A program made the translations under genes and the position numbers. This document shows positions 30,039 to 47,800 of a stretch of 64,000 nt of DNA, piece by piece; the first letter of the stretch is position 1; each line of letters opens with the position of its first letter. Origin of the DNA: Heterodontus francisci (lineage: Eukaryota). The stretch lies in assembly GCF_036365525.1 (NCBI RefSeq), contig NC_090411.1, positions 31,946,432 to 32,010,431 of the forward strand, read 5' to 3'. The notes under the pieces were generated by a model, which saw only the letters and a list, made by a program, of their open reading frames with translations, was not told the origin of the DNA and made no database searches.

Positions 30039-32847
30039 ATGATGGCATCTCAAGTGTGTCAGAACTACCACAAGGACTGTGAAGATGCTGTTAACAAGCA
30101 AATCAACCTGGAGCTCTATTCCTCCTATGTTTATCTATCCATGGTGTGTATTGTTTTCTTGGGGTCCTGTTTCAAAGTTAAGACTGGGATTTCAATGTAT
30201 TTTGAGTAGCTAGAATTTCTGTAGGTCTCACAGCTCCAGCGACCTGGGTTCAATTCTGGGTACTGCCTGTGTGGAGTTTGCAAGTTCTCCCTGTGTCTGC
30301 GTGGGTTTCCTCCGGGTGCTCTGGTTTCCTCCCATATGCCAAAGACTTGCTGGTTGATATGTTAATTGGCCATTATAAATTGCTCCTTGTATAGGTAGGT
30401 GGTAGGGAAATATAGGGACAGGTGGAGATGTGGTAGGAATATGGGATTAGTGTATGATTAGTATAAATGGGTGGTTGATGGTCAGCACAGACTCGGTAGG
30501 TCGAAGGGCCTGTTTCAGTGCTGTATTTCTAAACTAAAACTAAATATTAATTGGGTTTATAATGTATCTTTCTAGTTCTCCTAGACTTCAATCAGTGAAC
30601 ACCCTTGAAACAGGGACTCTATTCCTTGCTCTGTAATATTTATGTCCAATTTTGAAAGTAACTCCAAAGTTCCGCGTGGTTTCCAATAGAGGATTCATGA
30701 TCATGTATAAACCTATTCAACTTGAATGGCAACAATTAAGTTTAGTGACTAGTTAGTGGAACACTGTCTGACTAGTTCTGGTCTGTCTTTCCCCCTTTGT
30801 AAATGAGTAAATCCTGTGGTGCTGAATTCTTTTGTTTTGAGTAATGAATTTGCATGAAGCAGTAATTGAGAAGTCTCATTCAGTCCAATAAGACCTTTAG
30901 ATCACTTGTCTCTTCATTGGTGGACGAAGGATGTCCTGCTGATAAATGTAGTTTAAATGCTGAAATGAAACTTGGATCCAAATAGTGTTACTGCTTTTAG
31001 TAATGTCACTGGGAGGAGCATTTCATCATGGTTAGTATTTTACAATATTAACTTGAAAAACCAAGCCCCTTAATTGAAGAAAATTCTTTTGAGATAAAGA
31101 ATGGATGATTTACCAGGATGTTATTTTTAACATGACCATGAATAAGATTTGGGTCTGACCTCTCCCTTTCCATTTTGCTTCTACCTGCAGTCCTATTACT
31201 TTGACCGGGATGATGTTGCCCTGCGTCACTTTGCTGAGTTCTTCAAGGAGCAGTCACGTGAGGAAAAGGAGCACGCTGAGAAACTGATGACATTCCAGAA
31301 TAAACGTGGAGGCCGAATCATCTTGGAGGACATCAAGGTTAGATTTAATAAGCCGCTCCCTTCAACAGATTGGACTGCAGTTTTGATTCTTTAGGATAAA
31401 AGCAAAATACTGCAGATGCTGGAAATCTGAAATAAAACCAAGAAATGCTGGAACCACTCAGCAGGTTTGGCAGCATCTGTGCAAAGAGAAGCAGTTAACG
31501 TTTTGGGTCGGTGACCCTTCTTCGGAAATCCGGAATGTTAACTCTGCTTCTCTTTCCACAGATGCTGCCAGACCTGCTGAGTGGTTCCAGCATTTCTTGT
31601 TTTTATTTCAGATTTCCAGCATCTGCAGTATTTTGCTTTCATCCTATGTTCCTTTATTCTAATAATGTCAGTACTCAATCTAGAGTTTAATGAGTAAAAT
31701 TTCTAGTGTTGGTGAGTTGGTATGACTGACCTTTGTCTCCTATATTTATAAAATCAATAAATGGATTTTCAGAAGGAACAACGTCTGCTTTGTCAACTAT
31801 TGGCTGAAACATACAGTGCTTAACTAGGTAACAGTCTTGAGAATGTGGGCCACAGCTGTAGATGTCCCTTAGATGTAGTTGAGGATTATGAAGGAGAAAA
31901 AGAAAATTTAGCATATTTGGGGGAATTGGGATCAGAGCTTTGGCCAAAAATGGCAGTGCAGAGGCAATGAACTGATCCAGTGTCCTGTAATGGTCTGTCA
32001 ACCCAGTGATTAAACCCCATCCCTCATAGTATTGGGGTGCACAGATTGTCTTTGTTACTGATAACATTGTTGACCTTGAGCATAACATCCCTTGGACTTT
32101 GCACTCCCACTAAAAAGACTACTATTCTGTTCCAGAAGCCAGAGCAGGATGAGTGGAGCAATGGTCTGGAGGCAATGCAGAGAGCTCTGCAGATGGAGAA
32201 GGATGTGAACCAGAGTCTGCTGGATCTGCACAAACTCTCCACTGGCAACACTGACCCTCATGTAAGTTAATATTGGAATGAGTTTTCAGGTTTGAAGGTG
32301 ATGATTAGAATCTACCCTTAACTCTGGTAGAATTCCATAAGTTTTTTTTTGTCTTCATATTTAAAAACCAAGACATCCACACTAGATCTGGATCACTGAA
32401 CAGTTTGCAAGGTACTTGGTTTCTCTGGCATCAATCTTGACTTGACTCCCAGTTTAATGGAATTGATTTGCCACATGTGGGTAAATTTAGGCTTTGTCTG
32501 GCTAAATATATCCACAGAATCTGAATGATTTCCTTCTGTGCTGACCACTTGGCCCACTGCCTGTGCTTCTTTCTCCAGAGAAAGTCTCGCTCCCATGTGC
32601 AGTACTTGTGCTATTATCCCAGTGCAAATAAAAATCTTATCTAATGAAGATTCTTGCTTTTTTAAGCTAACTATACTCGCCTGTTTCTCTTATGTTCTAG
32701 TTGTGTGACTTCCTGGAGACCCATTACTTGGATGAGCAAGTGAAGATGATCAAGAAGCTTGGAGATCACATCACCAACCTGAAGAGACTGGGAGCTCCTG
32801 ACAATGGCATGGGAGAGTACCTGTTTGACAAGCACACGCTGAGTTAA
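30039..32847 (+). CDS. fth1: Ferritin heavy-chain-like gene G5, intact ORF; exons 30039-30143, 31191-31337, 32136-32261, 32701-32847
   Basis: Open frame to TAA with canonical splice sites. Variant [12 protein letters not shown] box mutated to TACAAATA. Confidence 0.92.
30227..30545 (+). mobile_element. 5'-truncated HE1/V-SINE in G5 intron 1
   Basis: B-box, V-domain and ctaaa tail; absent in G1, G2, G4, G7, G9. Confidence 0.88.
31392..31646. mobile_element. About 255-bp palindromic insertion in G5 intron 2 (probable Penelope-like terminal repeat in inverted arrangement)
   Basis: Arms of about 110 bp are near-perfect reverse complements; the centre contains a degenerate hammerhead core on the minus strand. 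Confidence 0.7.
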
Positions 32848-35007
32848 TTAGGGTTCTGCAACAATTAGTTCTATACTTTCTGAATTCTTTTTGATTGCCA
32901 GTTTTCTCATCTCTTGCTGTATATAGAAATAAAAGTATTTATCATGGATCTGATCTTTGTATAATTCAATAGCTGACTTGATTATTCAGATCATTATGCC
33001 TAGTTATATACTGATTCCATTTAAACCTTTCCCTGGCCAGCCTCCCAAACTTGGTTCAATGCCTTCTGAGGATAACTTACTCACATCTCCCAATTTTCAT
33101 CGAGAAGCTTGGAGAGGATATCGGAAATATGCAGTTTCTGCGACAGAAGTGTTCTTGCTGCTGTAGCTGAGGTAGCATGAACTTGTGGAATATGGGGAAA
33201 GGATACCCAATTTCTACCTGCATATGATCTTTTTGTCCACTTATTATAGACAAGAATTAACCACCTTTAATCTGCCATTTGATTAACTAATATCTGTACC
33301 CCTAATTCACCTAAAGGGTATGTTTACCAATGTCTAGCCTCAGTACAGGGAGATGCTTGGGTGAGGTAGTAGGAGACCCCTACGAGTTGACCTCCTAAAT
33401 CTTCCCTCATAATAGTCTTGCACGTTGCAGAAAGTGCACTGCGACTTTACAGGTCTTAAATTCCATGGGGATTGTGCTCCATCTCTCCAGCGTTATGTGG
33501 AGCAACAATGGTCACTTTAAAGCTTCTCCATTTTCTATTTCCCTAATTTGCTGGTTAGGTTGCAGAGTCAGTGTGGATCACTTTCCATCTATTGTGGTCA
33601 AGATTGGTATCCCTGGCTTGGTCTAGACCCACCTGGAATACATCAATTTTCCAAGCCATCTTAATTTGGACCCAACTGTGCAAAATGGAATTTCCATTAA
33701 CAAACTCATACAATTACATTATTAATTACTGACTCTGAACAGATTCAGTTTGAGGAACGCCAATATCAAATACATCATTGACAAGGTTCAACACAAGAGG
33801 TAAGGAAAAATGGAAGCCTGTGCAATTGGAGGAAATCTTTCACTATGGGTGGAGATTTGGTTTTTGAGGTGGGAGACAGAGAGTAGGGATAATGGGTATG
33901 TACTCCAAACTATGGCTCGTCATCCTTTCCTGGGATCTATACTGTGGCTTCAGCTTTTCATTATATTTATAAATGATATCGATGAAGGAATAGAGTGCAG
34001 GATATGCAGGTTTTCTGATGCCACTATGTTGGGTGGCACAGTTAGTGTAAACTGGAGCAGGAATTTGCAAAGGGACACTGATAGAGTAAGTGAGTGTGAA
34101 AAATTATGAATGATGGAGTTTAATGTGAAGTTAAGGTTCCATGGACAGAAATTAATCAAAACCAGTGGAGAGATACAAACAAAATTGAAAAAACAAAATC
34201 AATGTTCATCTCTCACGAGGGCTGAAAATCAAAGTGGTGGAGGTTATGTTACAGTTGTATAAAGCTCAGGGTTAACCACATCTGAAGTACTGTGTTCATT
34301 TTGATCTGTTGGCCTTGGGGGAACAGCACCAATTCACCAGAATGATACTCAGGCTAAATGATAAGGTCACTTTGCACTGACTGGTATGTATTCCTTCGTG
34401 TATTGAAGATTAAGTGATGATTATAATTGAGCTGTTGAAGATAATTAATGGGTTTAATAACGTAGATAGAGAGAAACTATTTTCTCTGGGACAGGGCTTC
34501 ATCTTCAGATTAGGCAATTCAGGGATGATATTGGAAAGCATTTCTTCACAACACGGGAAAATAGAAATCTGGAACTCTCTTCCCCAAAATGGATCAAGTC
34601 AACATTCAAAATTGATGTTAGGTTTTTGTGAGTTAAGATCATGAACCAAGGCAGGGAAATGGCATGAAGACACAGAGCAGCCATGATCTAATTGAATGGT
34701 GGAACAGACTTGAATTGGCCTCCTCCTGTTCCTTTGTTCCAATCACAGAATAATCTTGTAAATCAACCTGCACTCCACATCCCTGATTGGCTCTGGGTAT
34801 CTCACCCCACCCCCTGCTCCTTAATTGGTGCCTCGAGGCATAGAGGATTCCTGACTGGCGATCGGGCATTGTCAATCATCATTGGTGATGTCATTCCCTG
34901 TTTGAATACAGACTGATCCAGTTGCATAAATACAAGAGCTTGTGAGGGAAGTGGTTAGATTGCTGTTGTTGTGTTTGATTTAACTTCTGTCAATATTAGA
35001 AGTGAAG

Positions 35008-36971
35008 ATGGTTTCCCAAGTGTGACAGAACTACCACAAGGACTGTGAGGATGCTGTTAACAAGCAGATTAACCTGGAACTCTATTCCTCCTATGTTTAC
35101 CTGTCCATAGTGAGTTTTGTATGTTTTGGGGTCCTAATTCAAAATTCAGGCTGTGACTTCATTGTATGCTGTTGTTTAATGAATTGGCTTTTGGATGTAT
35201 CTCAATAGCTCTCCCTAGACTTAATCCAGTGGATTATATTTAATAGTAATTCTGTAGAAGCTCTCATTAACAGACTGCTCCTGGCTCTGTAGTTGTCTTA
35301 TTCGGAGATATTTTATACCTGAAACCAGCTCCATGGTTCCATGAAGCTTGTAATTGAGGATTCATCTTGAAGTATTAACTTGGTCAAATTTGTAACTTGG
35401 ATGACAACAATTAACTTTAATTGAGTGACTCGTGAGTGAAATATGGACTGGCTTTCTCTTTTTACTAATTGAGTGAAATTCTTTGAATCCTCGGTCACGG
35501 AACCTGGATCTTGGTACTTGATTGTGCCAAAATGTTAAACTGCTCAATCTGCAAAGTTTTACTTTTTTTTTAATTTAAATCCCTGAATTGGGGAAAGAGA
35601 TTGTTCAAGGAGGGGGAGGAGGGAACAATGTCCCACTGAAATTTGAGCTTTCAACCTGCACTTGGACCTCTAATAGATTCTACCAAAAAATATCATGGAT
35701 CCCTCTTGTCTAATTTTAGCCACTTGCCTTGTTTCTACTTCACGAGGAGGGACTTTCAACCTTTTCAGAAAAGATTAATGAAGCCAATTGTGCTTTCTGT
35801 AAGAATCATACTTTCTCCCTTAAACTGTAAATGCTTTCAAAAGCAAGGTATTGAAGTCATGAATGGGTATTTCATCTACTATGATACAGCCACCATTTTT
35901 GATGTGACCATGGAGGGAATTTTGGATGTGACCTGGCTTCTTCAATTTTTTTTTTTGTCTCTACCTGCAGTCCTATTACTTTGATCGGGATGATGTTGCC
36001 CTGCGTCACTTTGCTGAGTTCTTCAAGGAGCAGTCACATGAGGAATGGGAGCACGCTGAGAAACTGATGAAATTCCAGAATAAACGTGGAGGCCGAATCA
36101 TCTTGGAGGACATCAAGGTTGGGTTTAATGAATGAGTGACCTCCTGTCTGGATCCCTGTAAATTGATGCTTTAGAAAGTATTTGAAAGAATTGATTCCAT
36201 GGTTTAATGCAGTAATTGTATACATTTGTGACCCACTAGTTGCTTTTCCCCATTGTTCACCTTCTACTTTCTCATGTGTTTTTATTTTAATCCATTGTAA
36301 GTGAACTGTCTGACTTTCCTCTTCAGAAGCCAGAGCAGGATGAGTGGAGCAATGGTCTGGAGGCAATGCAGAGAGCTCTGCAGATGGAGAAGGATGTGAA
36401 CCAGAGTCTGCTGGATCTGCACAAACTCTCCACTGGCAACACTGACCCTCATGTAAGTTCCTAACATTGCAATTTTTCATGCATTGGTGATATTGGAATC
36501 TGCCCTTCACTCTACATTGGTAAACTTCTGTGTCAGTTTGTTTTTCATTTTTAGATTTTTGTTTTTGGGCCAAGAAGCCATCTACGCTGTAGACCTGGAT
36601 CATTAAACTGTTCCCAAGGCACTGTGTATCTGCAGCATCAAAATGTTTCTTGTGCAGTCCATTCCCTGTTTTATTAAAATTGGTTTGCCATTTTTGGGTA
36701 ATTCTGCTCTTGTCTGATTAAATGTGCCCATGTCACACTGTCCCAATTCCAAACCAGTGTAATTTCCCTTCTGGAGAAGATCCTCATTAAACACCTGTTT
36801 GGCATTTTCTATTTCATGTTCTAGTTGTGTGACTTCCTGGAGCCTCTCTACTTGGAGGAGCAAGTGAAGATGATCAAGAAGCTAAGAGATCACATCACCA
36901 ACCTGAAGAGACTGGGAGCCCCTGACAATGGCATGGGAGAGTACCTGTTTGACAAGCTCACCCTGAGTTGA
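35008..36971 (+). pseudogene. Ferritin pseudogene G6 (type B, short intron 2); exons 35008-35109, 35971-36117, 36327-36452, 36825-36971
   Basis: In-frame TGA at codon 6 (35023-35025, MVSQV*QNY). Exon 4 is altered ([22 protein letters not shown]); the frame is otherwise open. Confidence 0.88.
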
Positions 36972-39139
36972 TTAGCATTATAGAACCATAGTTCTGTAAT
37001 ATTGGTAGAAATAAAATGTGATCCATTTCTGGTTATTATGTCGTTTTCTCATTTCTTGCTGTATGTGGAAATAAAAGTATTTATCATGGAGTGGTCTTTT
37101 GTTTTTCTTTGTATAGATAAGTAACTCATTTCATTATTCAGATTACCAAGATACCTAGCTGTCTAATATCTGGTTCCACTGCAACTTTACCATGCCTTTT
37201 GAGTTTTGCCCTCCTACATCCAGTTTCTGAGAACTGATTTCAATGTCTGCTTAGGATAGTTTGTTCACATCTTCCAATTTCACTGAGAAACTTGTAGGGA
37301 ATATCTGAAATATGCAATTTTTATCACAAAGGTAGTTTCTTACATCTGCAGCTGAAATGGTGTGCAACATGAGGAAGGGATGCTGAATTTTGTTTTGACC
37401 CCTGTTCTCATTGGAGCACAAGGCAATGCAGAGAGATTTGATAGAGATGTGAAGATGCTGACAGGGGAACAAAGGAAGATCTATTCCTGTTAACTGATAG
37501 TACAAGTACTTGGGACACACACGTAGGGGGTTTGGGCAAGAGATGACGGAATAGCTGAGGTGAAGCTTTTTTTTTTTAATGACCTGGAACATCCTGCACC
37601 GAAAGCAAAAAATGACATCAAAAAGAAATTGGGTGAGCATGTGGAGGCAAAAAAACTTGTAGGTGCGAGAGTAGGAGAATGGGACTGAATGCAGTGTACT
37701 GGTAACCAGAGACTCCGTGGACCGAATGGCCTCTTGTGTCATAGATGACTGACATTATTCATTGTAAAATATTCACCATCTTAATCTGCCTCGTGGCCAG
37801 GTTGTCATTTGTTCAACCATTACTTGCACCCCTATTCACCAGGAGCCATACTTACGAATGTCTGGGATGAGTGAGTGCAGAAATACTTGGGTCAGGTAGT
37901 TATAACACTCTATGTCAGGTTGTAATTTTCCCTCGTAATCAAGTCTCAATAGACTTCAGTTTTGCAGAAGCAACAACACAGGACTTTACAACTCCTAAAT
38001 GCCCTGGGGCTTGAACTCCATGTTGCACTTAGACGGAGCAACAGAGTTCTGTTCGAAGCTCTCCACTTTTCATTTCCCCAACATGTCAGTTGGTTTGCAG
38101 ATGTGCTGTGGAATGTTTCGGGCTGGACAATCTCTTTCAATATATTGTGGTTAGCATTGTTAGAATAGATTCATTCTACACCCATCAAACGCAGTGTCAA
38201 TTCTCCAAGAGATGGATCTAATTGTGTTCAACACAAAATGAAGTTCCATTTGCAGACTGCTGCAATTATGTTGACAAACTCTGAATCTGAGAACAGATTC
38301 CATCAGGTTCACTTTGAGAAAACTCCAAGAAGCCAACATCAAATACATCATTGACAAGATTCTACTCAAGAGATTAGGAAAAACGGAAGCACGTGGAATT
38401 GCAGGAAACCTTTAAACATGGTTGTGGAGTTGGTTGGGAGGTAGGAAACCGAGAGTCGAGATAATGGGTATGTACTCCAATTGGCAGGATACGACGAGTC
38501 ATCTCTCCCAGGGATCTGTACCTGGGCCTCAGTTTTTCATTACATTTTTAAATGACATGAAGGAATCGAGAGCCATATATCCAAGTTTGCTAATGACACT
38601 AAGTTAGGTGTTACAGTAGGTAGAGTAATTTGGAGCAGAAAATTGAAAAGGGATGTTGATAGATTAGGTGAGTAGCCAAAACTATGATAGATGAATTTCA
38701 ATGTCAGATAGAGTGAGGACAGAGAGACATAAATCAGAATATTTTCCAAATGGTGAGGAGCTAGGAACTGTGGAGGAGCACAGAGAGTTAGGGGTCCGTG
38801 TACAGAAATTACTAAAAGCTAGTGGACTAGTACATAAATGAATTAAAATGTCTAATAGACTGTTAGTCTTCATCTCAAGGAGTCTGTAAAACATAGGGTG
38901 GAGGTTATTGTATATTTGTATAAAGCCCTGGTTAGATCACATCTGGAGTACTGTGTTCAGCTTTGATATATTGACCTTGGTGGGAGTGCAGCACAGATTC
39001 ACCAGAATGATACCAGGGATAAAAGGGTTAAATTACGAGGACAGTTTGCATTAATGACTTTTGTATTCTTCAAGTATAGAAGAGTAAAGAATTATTACAA
39101 TTGATATGTTGAACATGAATAATAGATATGATAAGGTAT

Positions 39140-40143
39140 CGTTGTGACGGTGTTGCTATATTTCACGTTGGTTTTTGTTGAGGACTCATATTTTACAATT
39201 ATGGACATTGTTTTATTTTGGGAAAATTGAAAAGGATTGTATGGATTTTTTTTTCACTGGGGTCATTGAAAGGGCACTGAGAGGACTTATTGTAAACAAC
39301 ACTCACTGGAAGTTACCTGTCTTCAGATAAATATCAGCAGGGGCTTTTTGACTTGGAGAAGATATTTACAGAGAAGTGACAGGTCAAAATGTACAGGGGT
39401 CAGGAGGCTTGACTCTCGAGATATTGTTTTTGGTTTTGCTTTGAACTGTGTATTGGGGTATAAACTGTTTCAAGGCAATTGGAGAAAACCAGCCAAGAGA
39501 GCAGTCACCATCAGCATCCTCTTCCATCTTTTTGAGAACTTCCTGTGAATTAAGTGTAAGAAATAGAGAAACTGATGCTGCATGTCTCCTGAAAAGGCTG
39601 CCAGAAACCCCTGATGGTGCATCTCACCTGGAAAACCAGCCAAACTGATCTTCAATGTCGCCTGAAAAGAACTATTCTGGAAAGATCCCAGTGGCAGCCG
39701 CCTAAGGGTATTTGGGACACCAAACAAAAAAAGGGACAACTGACATCTTTCCATATCTTCTCTTTTATCTGCAAGAATTAGCAAGTATCAGGCCAAAGTA
39801 TTCCTTTTTGTCTTGTTTTTATAACAGAGTTCTAAAAAGAAAATCTTTTTTTTCTGGTTCTGCAGTGTGTGTGTGTATGTTTGTGTGAGGGGCTAGGGTA
39901 AAAGGGAACTTTCATTTTTCAATCGGTGTGTTATTGCTTTGCTTTGTTACTGGTTAATTCTTGTTTTATAATAAATTGATAATTTTGTTATTAAATAAAC
40001 CTGGTTAGTCTATTTATACTGGGGTAAAAATAGAGTATATGATTGACCAAATCAGTAACTGGGTAAACATTTAAATACATGTTGTGACCTGTGGAGAAGC
40101 GGGATTAGAAAAAAATTGCACTCCTCCCACCTCAGTCCAAACA
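39140..40143. mobile_element. Solo-LTR-like element without MITE
   Basis: gtat|cgttgtgacgg ... cagtccaaaca; single GTGTGAGG empty site. Confidence 0.7.
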
Positions 40144-40695
40144 GAAAATACAGAGGAACAATTTTCTCTGGTGACATAGTCCAGGACAAGGGGTATAATC
40201 TTAAAATTAGAGCTAGACCATTCAGGGGTGATGTCAGGAAGCATTTTTTCACAAAAAGTGAAATGAAAAGCCGGAACTGTCTCCCCCAAAATGTTGAGAT
40301 CAATTAAATATTTCAAAAGTGAGATTTTTGTCAGGTTTGGGTATGAAGGAATATGGATCCAATGCAGGCAAAATGCATTTAGATACAAACCATGATCTAA
40401 TTGAATGGTGGAACAGGCTTGAGGGGCTGATTGGCCTCCTCCTGTTCCTATGTTCCAATCACAGTCTAATCATCCAAACCTGCCTGAATTCCACAGCTCT
40501 CATTGTCTCTGGGTCCACCCCCACAACCCGTCTACATTGTTAATTGGTGCCTGGATTCATGAGCGATTCCTGACTGGCTACCTGGAATTGTCAATCATCA
40601 TTAATGATGTCATTCCCTGTTTGAATGCAGGCTGTCCCAGTAGCATAAATACAAGAGCTTGGGTAGGAAGCAGTTATATTGTTGTTTGAGCTTAG

Positions 40696-43635
<2,940 letters not shown>

Positions 43636-45798
43636 TTAGCATTCTAGAATCGTTAGTTCTGTAATATTGGTTGAAATAAAATGTGATCCATTTCTCATTA
43701 GTATGCAATCTTATTTCTTGCTGGATGTGGAAATAAAGGTATTTATGGACTGAATTTGTTTTTCTTCTCTAAGTAACTCATTTTATTATTCAGATGACCA
43801 AGGTACCTTACTGTCCAATATCTAATTCCACTGAAACTTTACCATGCCTTTGAGTTTTGACCTCCTACATCCAGATTCGGTGAAGTGATTCAATGTCTGC
43901 TTCGGTTAGTCTGCTCGCATCTTCCAATTTTCAGTGAGAAACTTGTAGGGAATGTCTGAAATATGCAAGTTTCACTGCAAAAGTAATTTCTTGCATCGAC
44001 AGCTGATATGTCATGCAGCTGTATGACACAAGGACGGGATGCTGAATTTGGTTTTGACCCCCTGTTCTCATTGAAGCAAAGGGCAATGCAGAGAGATTTG
44101 ATAGAGAAGGGACCATGTTGACCAAGGAAGATCTAGTCCTGTTAGCTGACAACATAAGTACTCACCAACGCAGCCTTGGGGGCTTTGGGCAAGTGATGTA
44201 GGAGTATCTGAGGAGAATTTTTTTTTTAATACAACCAGTGGCAGTGCTTTGGAACCTGCTGGTTATGCAAATAGTGGCAGTGTAGCCAATAACTGACTAC
44301 AAAAGGAAATTGGATCAGCATTTGGAGGAAAATACTTGTCGGTGCTAGAGTAGGGGAATGGGGCTGAATGTACTGTACTGGTCACAAAAAACTCCATGGA
44401 CTGAATGGCCTCCTGTGTCATAAATGACTGACAATTCATTGTAAAACTTTCACCATCTTAATCTACCTTTGACCAGGTTGTCATTTGGCCAACTATTACT
44501 TGCAACCCTATTCACCCAGGAGCTATATTTATGAATGTCTGGGATGAGTGAATGCAGAAATACTTGGGTCAGGTAGTTATAACCCCTTCTATTTCAGGTT
44601 AAAATCATCGCTAGCAAACAAGTCTCAAGTTCAGCTTTGCAGAAGCAACAACACAGGAATTCACAACTCTTAAATTCCATGGGGCTAGACCTCCATGTTG
44701 CACTGAGACAGAGCAACAGTGTTCTGTTCGAAGCTCTCCACTTTTCATTTCCCCAACATGTCAGTTGGTTTGCGAATTCACTTTGGGCTGGCCAATCTTT
44801 TTCAAAATATTGTGGTTAGCACTGTGAGGATACATTCATTCTAGACCCATCAAGCGCAGTGTCAATTCTCCAAGAGATGGATCCAATTGTGCTCAACACA
44901 AAATGAAGTTCCATTTGCAGACTCCTGCGATTATGTTGACAAACTCTGAATCTGAGAACAGATTCAATCAGATTCACTTTGAGAAAACTCAAAGTAACCA
45001 ACATCAAATACACCATTGACAGGATTCTACTGAAGAGATTAGGAAAAATGGAAGTACATGGAATTGCAGGAAACCTTTAGACATGGTCATGGAGTTGGTT
45101 GGGAGGTAGGAAACAGAGAATAGAGATAATGGGTATGAACTCCAATTGGCAGGATATGACTAGTCATCTCTCCCAGGGATCTGTACCAGGGCCTCAGTTT
45201 TTCATTATATTTATAAATGACATGAAGGAATCGAGAGCCATATATCCAAGTTTGCTAATGACGCTAAGTTACTTCGGTGTTACAGTAGGTGGAGTCAATT
45301 GGAGCAGAAAATTGAAAAGCAACATTGATAGATTGTGAGTAGCCAAAACTGTGATCGATAAATTTCAATGTGCGATAGAGCGAGAACAGAGAGAGATAAA
45401 TCAGAATATTTTCTAAATGGTGAGGAGCTAGGAACTGTGGAGGAGCAGAGAGAGTTAGGGGTCTGTGTACAGAAATTACTAAAAGCTAGTGGAGTGGTAT
45501 TTAAATGAATTAAAAAGTCGAATAGACTTCATCTCAAGGGTCTGGAATACAAAGGGGTGGAGGTTATGCTTTATTTGTATAAAGCTCTGGTTAGATCACA
45601 TCTGGAGTATTGTGTTCAGCTTTGATATATTGACCTTGGTGGGAGTGCAGCACAGATTCACCAGAATGATACCAGGGATAAAAGGGTTAAATTACGAGGA
45701 CAGTTTGCATTAACGACTCTTGTATTCTTCAATTATAGAAGAGTAACGAATTATTATAATTGATGTGTTTAACATGAGTACTAGATTTGATCAGGTGT

Positions 45799-47229
45799 TG
45801 TTATAACGGTGTTGCTACTTTCTTGTTGGTTTTTTTTGGTAGACTCATATTTTAGATTTATGGACATTGTTTTATTTTGGGAAAACTGAAAAGGATTCTA
45901 TGGATTTTCTTGTCATTGTGGTCATTGAAAGGGCACTGAGAGGATTTGTGGTGAACAACCCTCACTGGCAGTCTCCAGTCTTCAGATAAATATCCCAGCA
46001 GGGGCTTTTTGACTTGGAGAAGATGTTTACAGAGAAGTGACAGGTCAAGATTTATAGGGGTCAGGAGGCTTGACTCTTGAGATATTGTTTTTGATTTTGC
46101 TTTGAACAGTGTGTTGCAGTGTGAACTGTTTTGAAGACAATTGGAGAAAACCAGCCAAGAGAGCAGTCACCATCAGCATCCTCTTCTATCTTTTTAAGAA
46201 CTTCCTGTGAATTAAGTGTAAGAAATAGTGAAACTAATATTGCATGTCTCCTGAAAAGGCTGCCAGAAACCCTGATGGCGCATTTCACGTGGAAAACCTA
46301 CCAAACCAATCTTCAATGTCGCCTGAAAAGAACTGTTCTGGAAAGATCCCAGTGGCAGCAGTCTACATGTATTTGGGACACCAAACCAAAAAAGGGACAA
46401 CAGACATTTTTCTGTATCTTCTCTTTTTTCTTCAAGAATTAACAATATTTGGCCAAAGTATTCTTTTTTGCCTTTTTTGTAACAGAGCTCTAAAAAGAAA
46501 ATCTCTTTTTCTGGTTATCCAGTGTATGTGTGTATGTGTCTGTGTGAGGTAAAGACCTGCTACCCGACCCTAACACGACGGGACCTGACGACATGTGTCG
46601 GGTACAGGTCGGGTCGGGTCGCTCATTTGGGTGCGGCTTTCAGGCACTTCAGGTAAGAAGTGTTGAAAGTAAAAAACCCAGCTGAGGTGGGAGTCCAGGA
46701 CGTCAAAGAGGGAAACTCTAAGTCTGCGCAGTGAGCGAGTGAACGTCCCTATGACGTCATCACGCTCATGCTGCAGCTTCCTGCAGATTGGGAGTCGCAA
46801 GGTAGGTAAAAGGAACATTCCGGTAGTTGGGTTGGGCTCAGGTCGGTTTGGGCTGGGTCGGGGTCGGGCTCTGGTTAGGGCATGGGAAGAAAATGGAGGG
46901 ACTCGGGCCGGATGGGGCTCGGGTCAGATGTGGTTCTGTTGGGTTTGCATTGGGTTTTTTTTCGTGACCTGAGCAGGCCTTTAGTGTGAGGGGCTAAGAT
47001 AAAAGGGAACTTTCATATTTCAATCTGTGTGTTACTGGTCTTGTTTTATAATTAACTGATAATTTTGTTGTTTATTAAAGAAACCTGGTTGGTGTATTTT
47101 ATTTTGGGGTAAAAATAGAGTCTATGATTGACCGTATTGGTAACTGGGTAAACATTTAAATATATGTTGTGACCTGTGGAGAAGTGGAACTAGAAAAAAC
47201 AATGCCCTCCTCCCACCTCAGTCAGAACA
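45799..47229. mobile_element. Solo-LTR-like element with hAT MITE (46550-46983) inside old CR1
   Basis: Near-identical to 28020-29456. Confidence 0.75.
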
Positions 47230-47800
47230 GTATATAGAGAGAAACTATTTTCTCTGGTGGGGCAGTCCAGGACAGGGGCTATCATCTGAATATTAGAACT
47301 AGACCATTCAGGGGTGATGTTAGGAAACATTTCTTCACAAAAAGGGATATGGAAATCTGGAATTCTCTCCCCCAAAATGTTGACATCAATTAAACATTTC
47401 AAAACTAAAACTGTTAGATTTTTGTTAGGTTTGGTATGATGCAATATGGATCCAATGCAGGCAAATGTCCTTAAGTGACAAACCATGATCTAATTGAATG
47501 GTGGAACAGGCTTGAGGGGCTGATTGGCTTCCTCCTGTTCCTATGTTCCAATCACAGTATAATCATCCAAACCTGCCTGTCTTCCACAGCTCTCATTGTC
47601 GCTGGGTCCAACCCCCACAGCCTGACTCCATTGTTAACCGGTGCCTGGATTCATGAGCGATTCCTGACTGGCTGCCTGGAATTGTCAATCATCATTAATG
47701 ATGTCATTCCCTGTTTGACTGCAGGCTGTCCCAACAGTACAAATACAAGAGCTTGTGCAGGAAGTAGTTATATTGTTGTTTGAAGTTAGCAGGAAAGATT

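Noticed and set aside
35023-35025. In-frame TGA in G6/G10 at a codon that is Cys in other copies, suggesting a selenocysteine ferritin
   Set aside because: No SECIS-like hairpin recognisable in the short 3'UTR. G10 also has a 17-nt frameshift, and G6/G10 carry disruptive exon 4 changes. Pseudogenisation is simpler; a SECISearch run would settle it.
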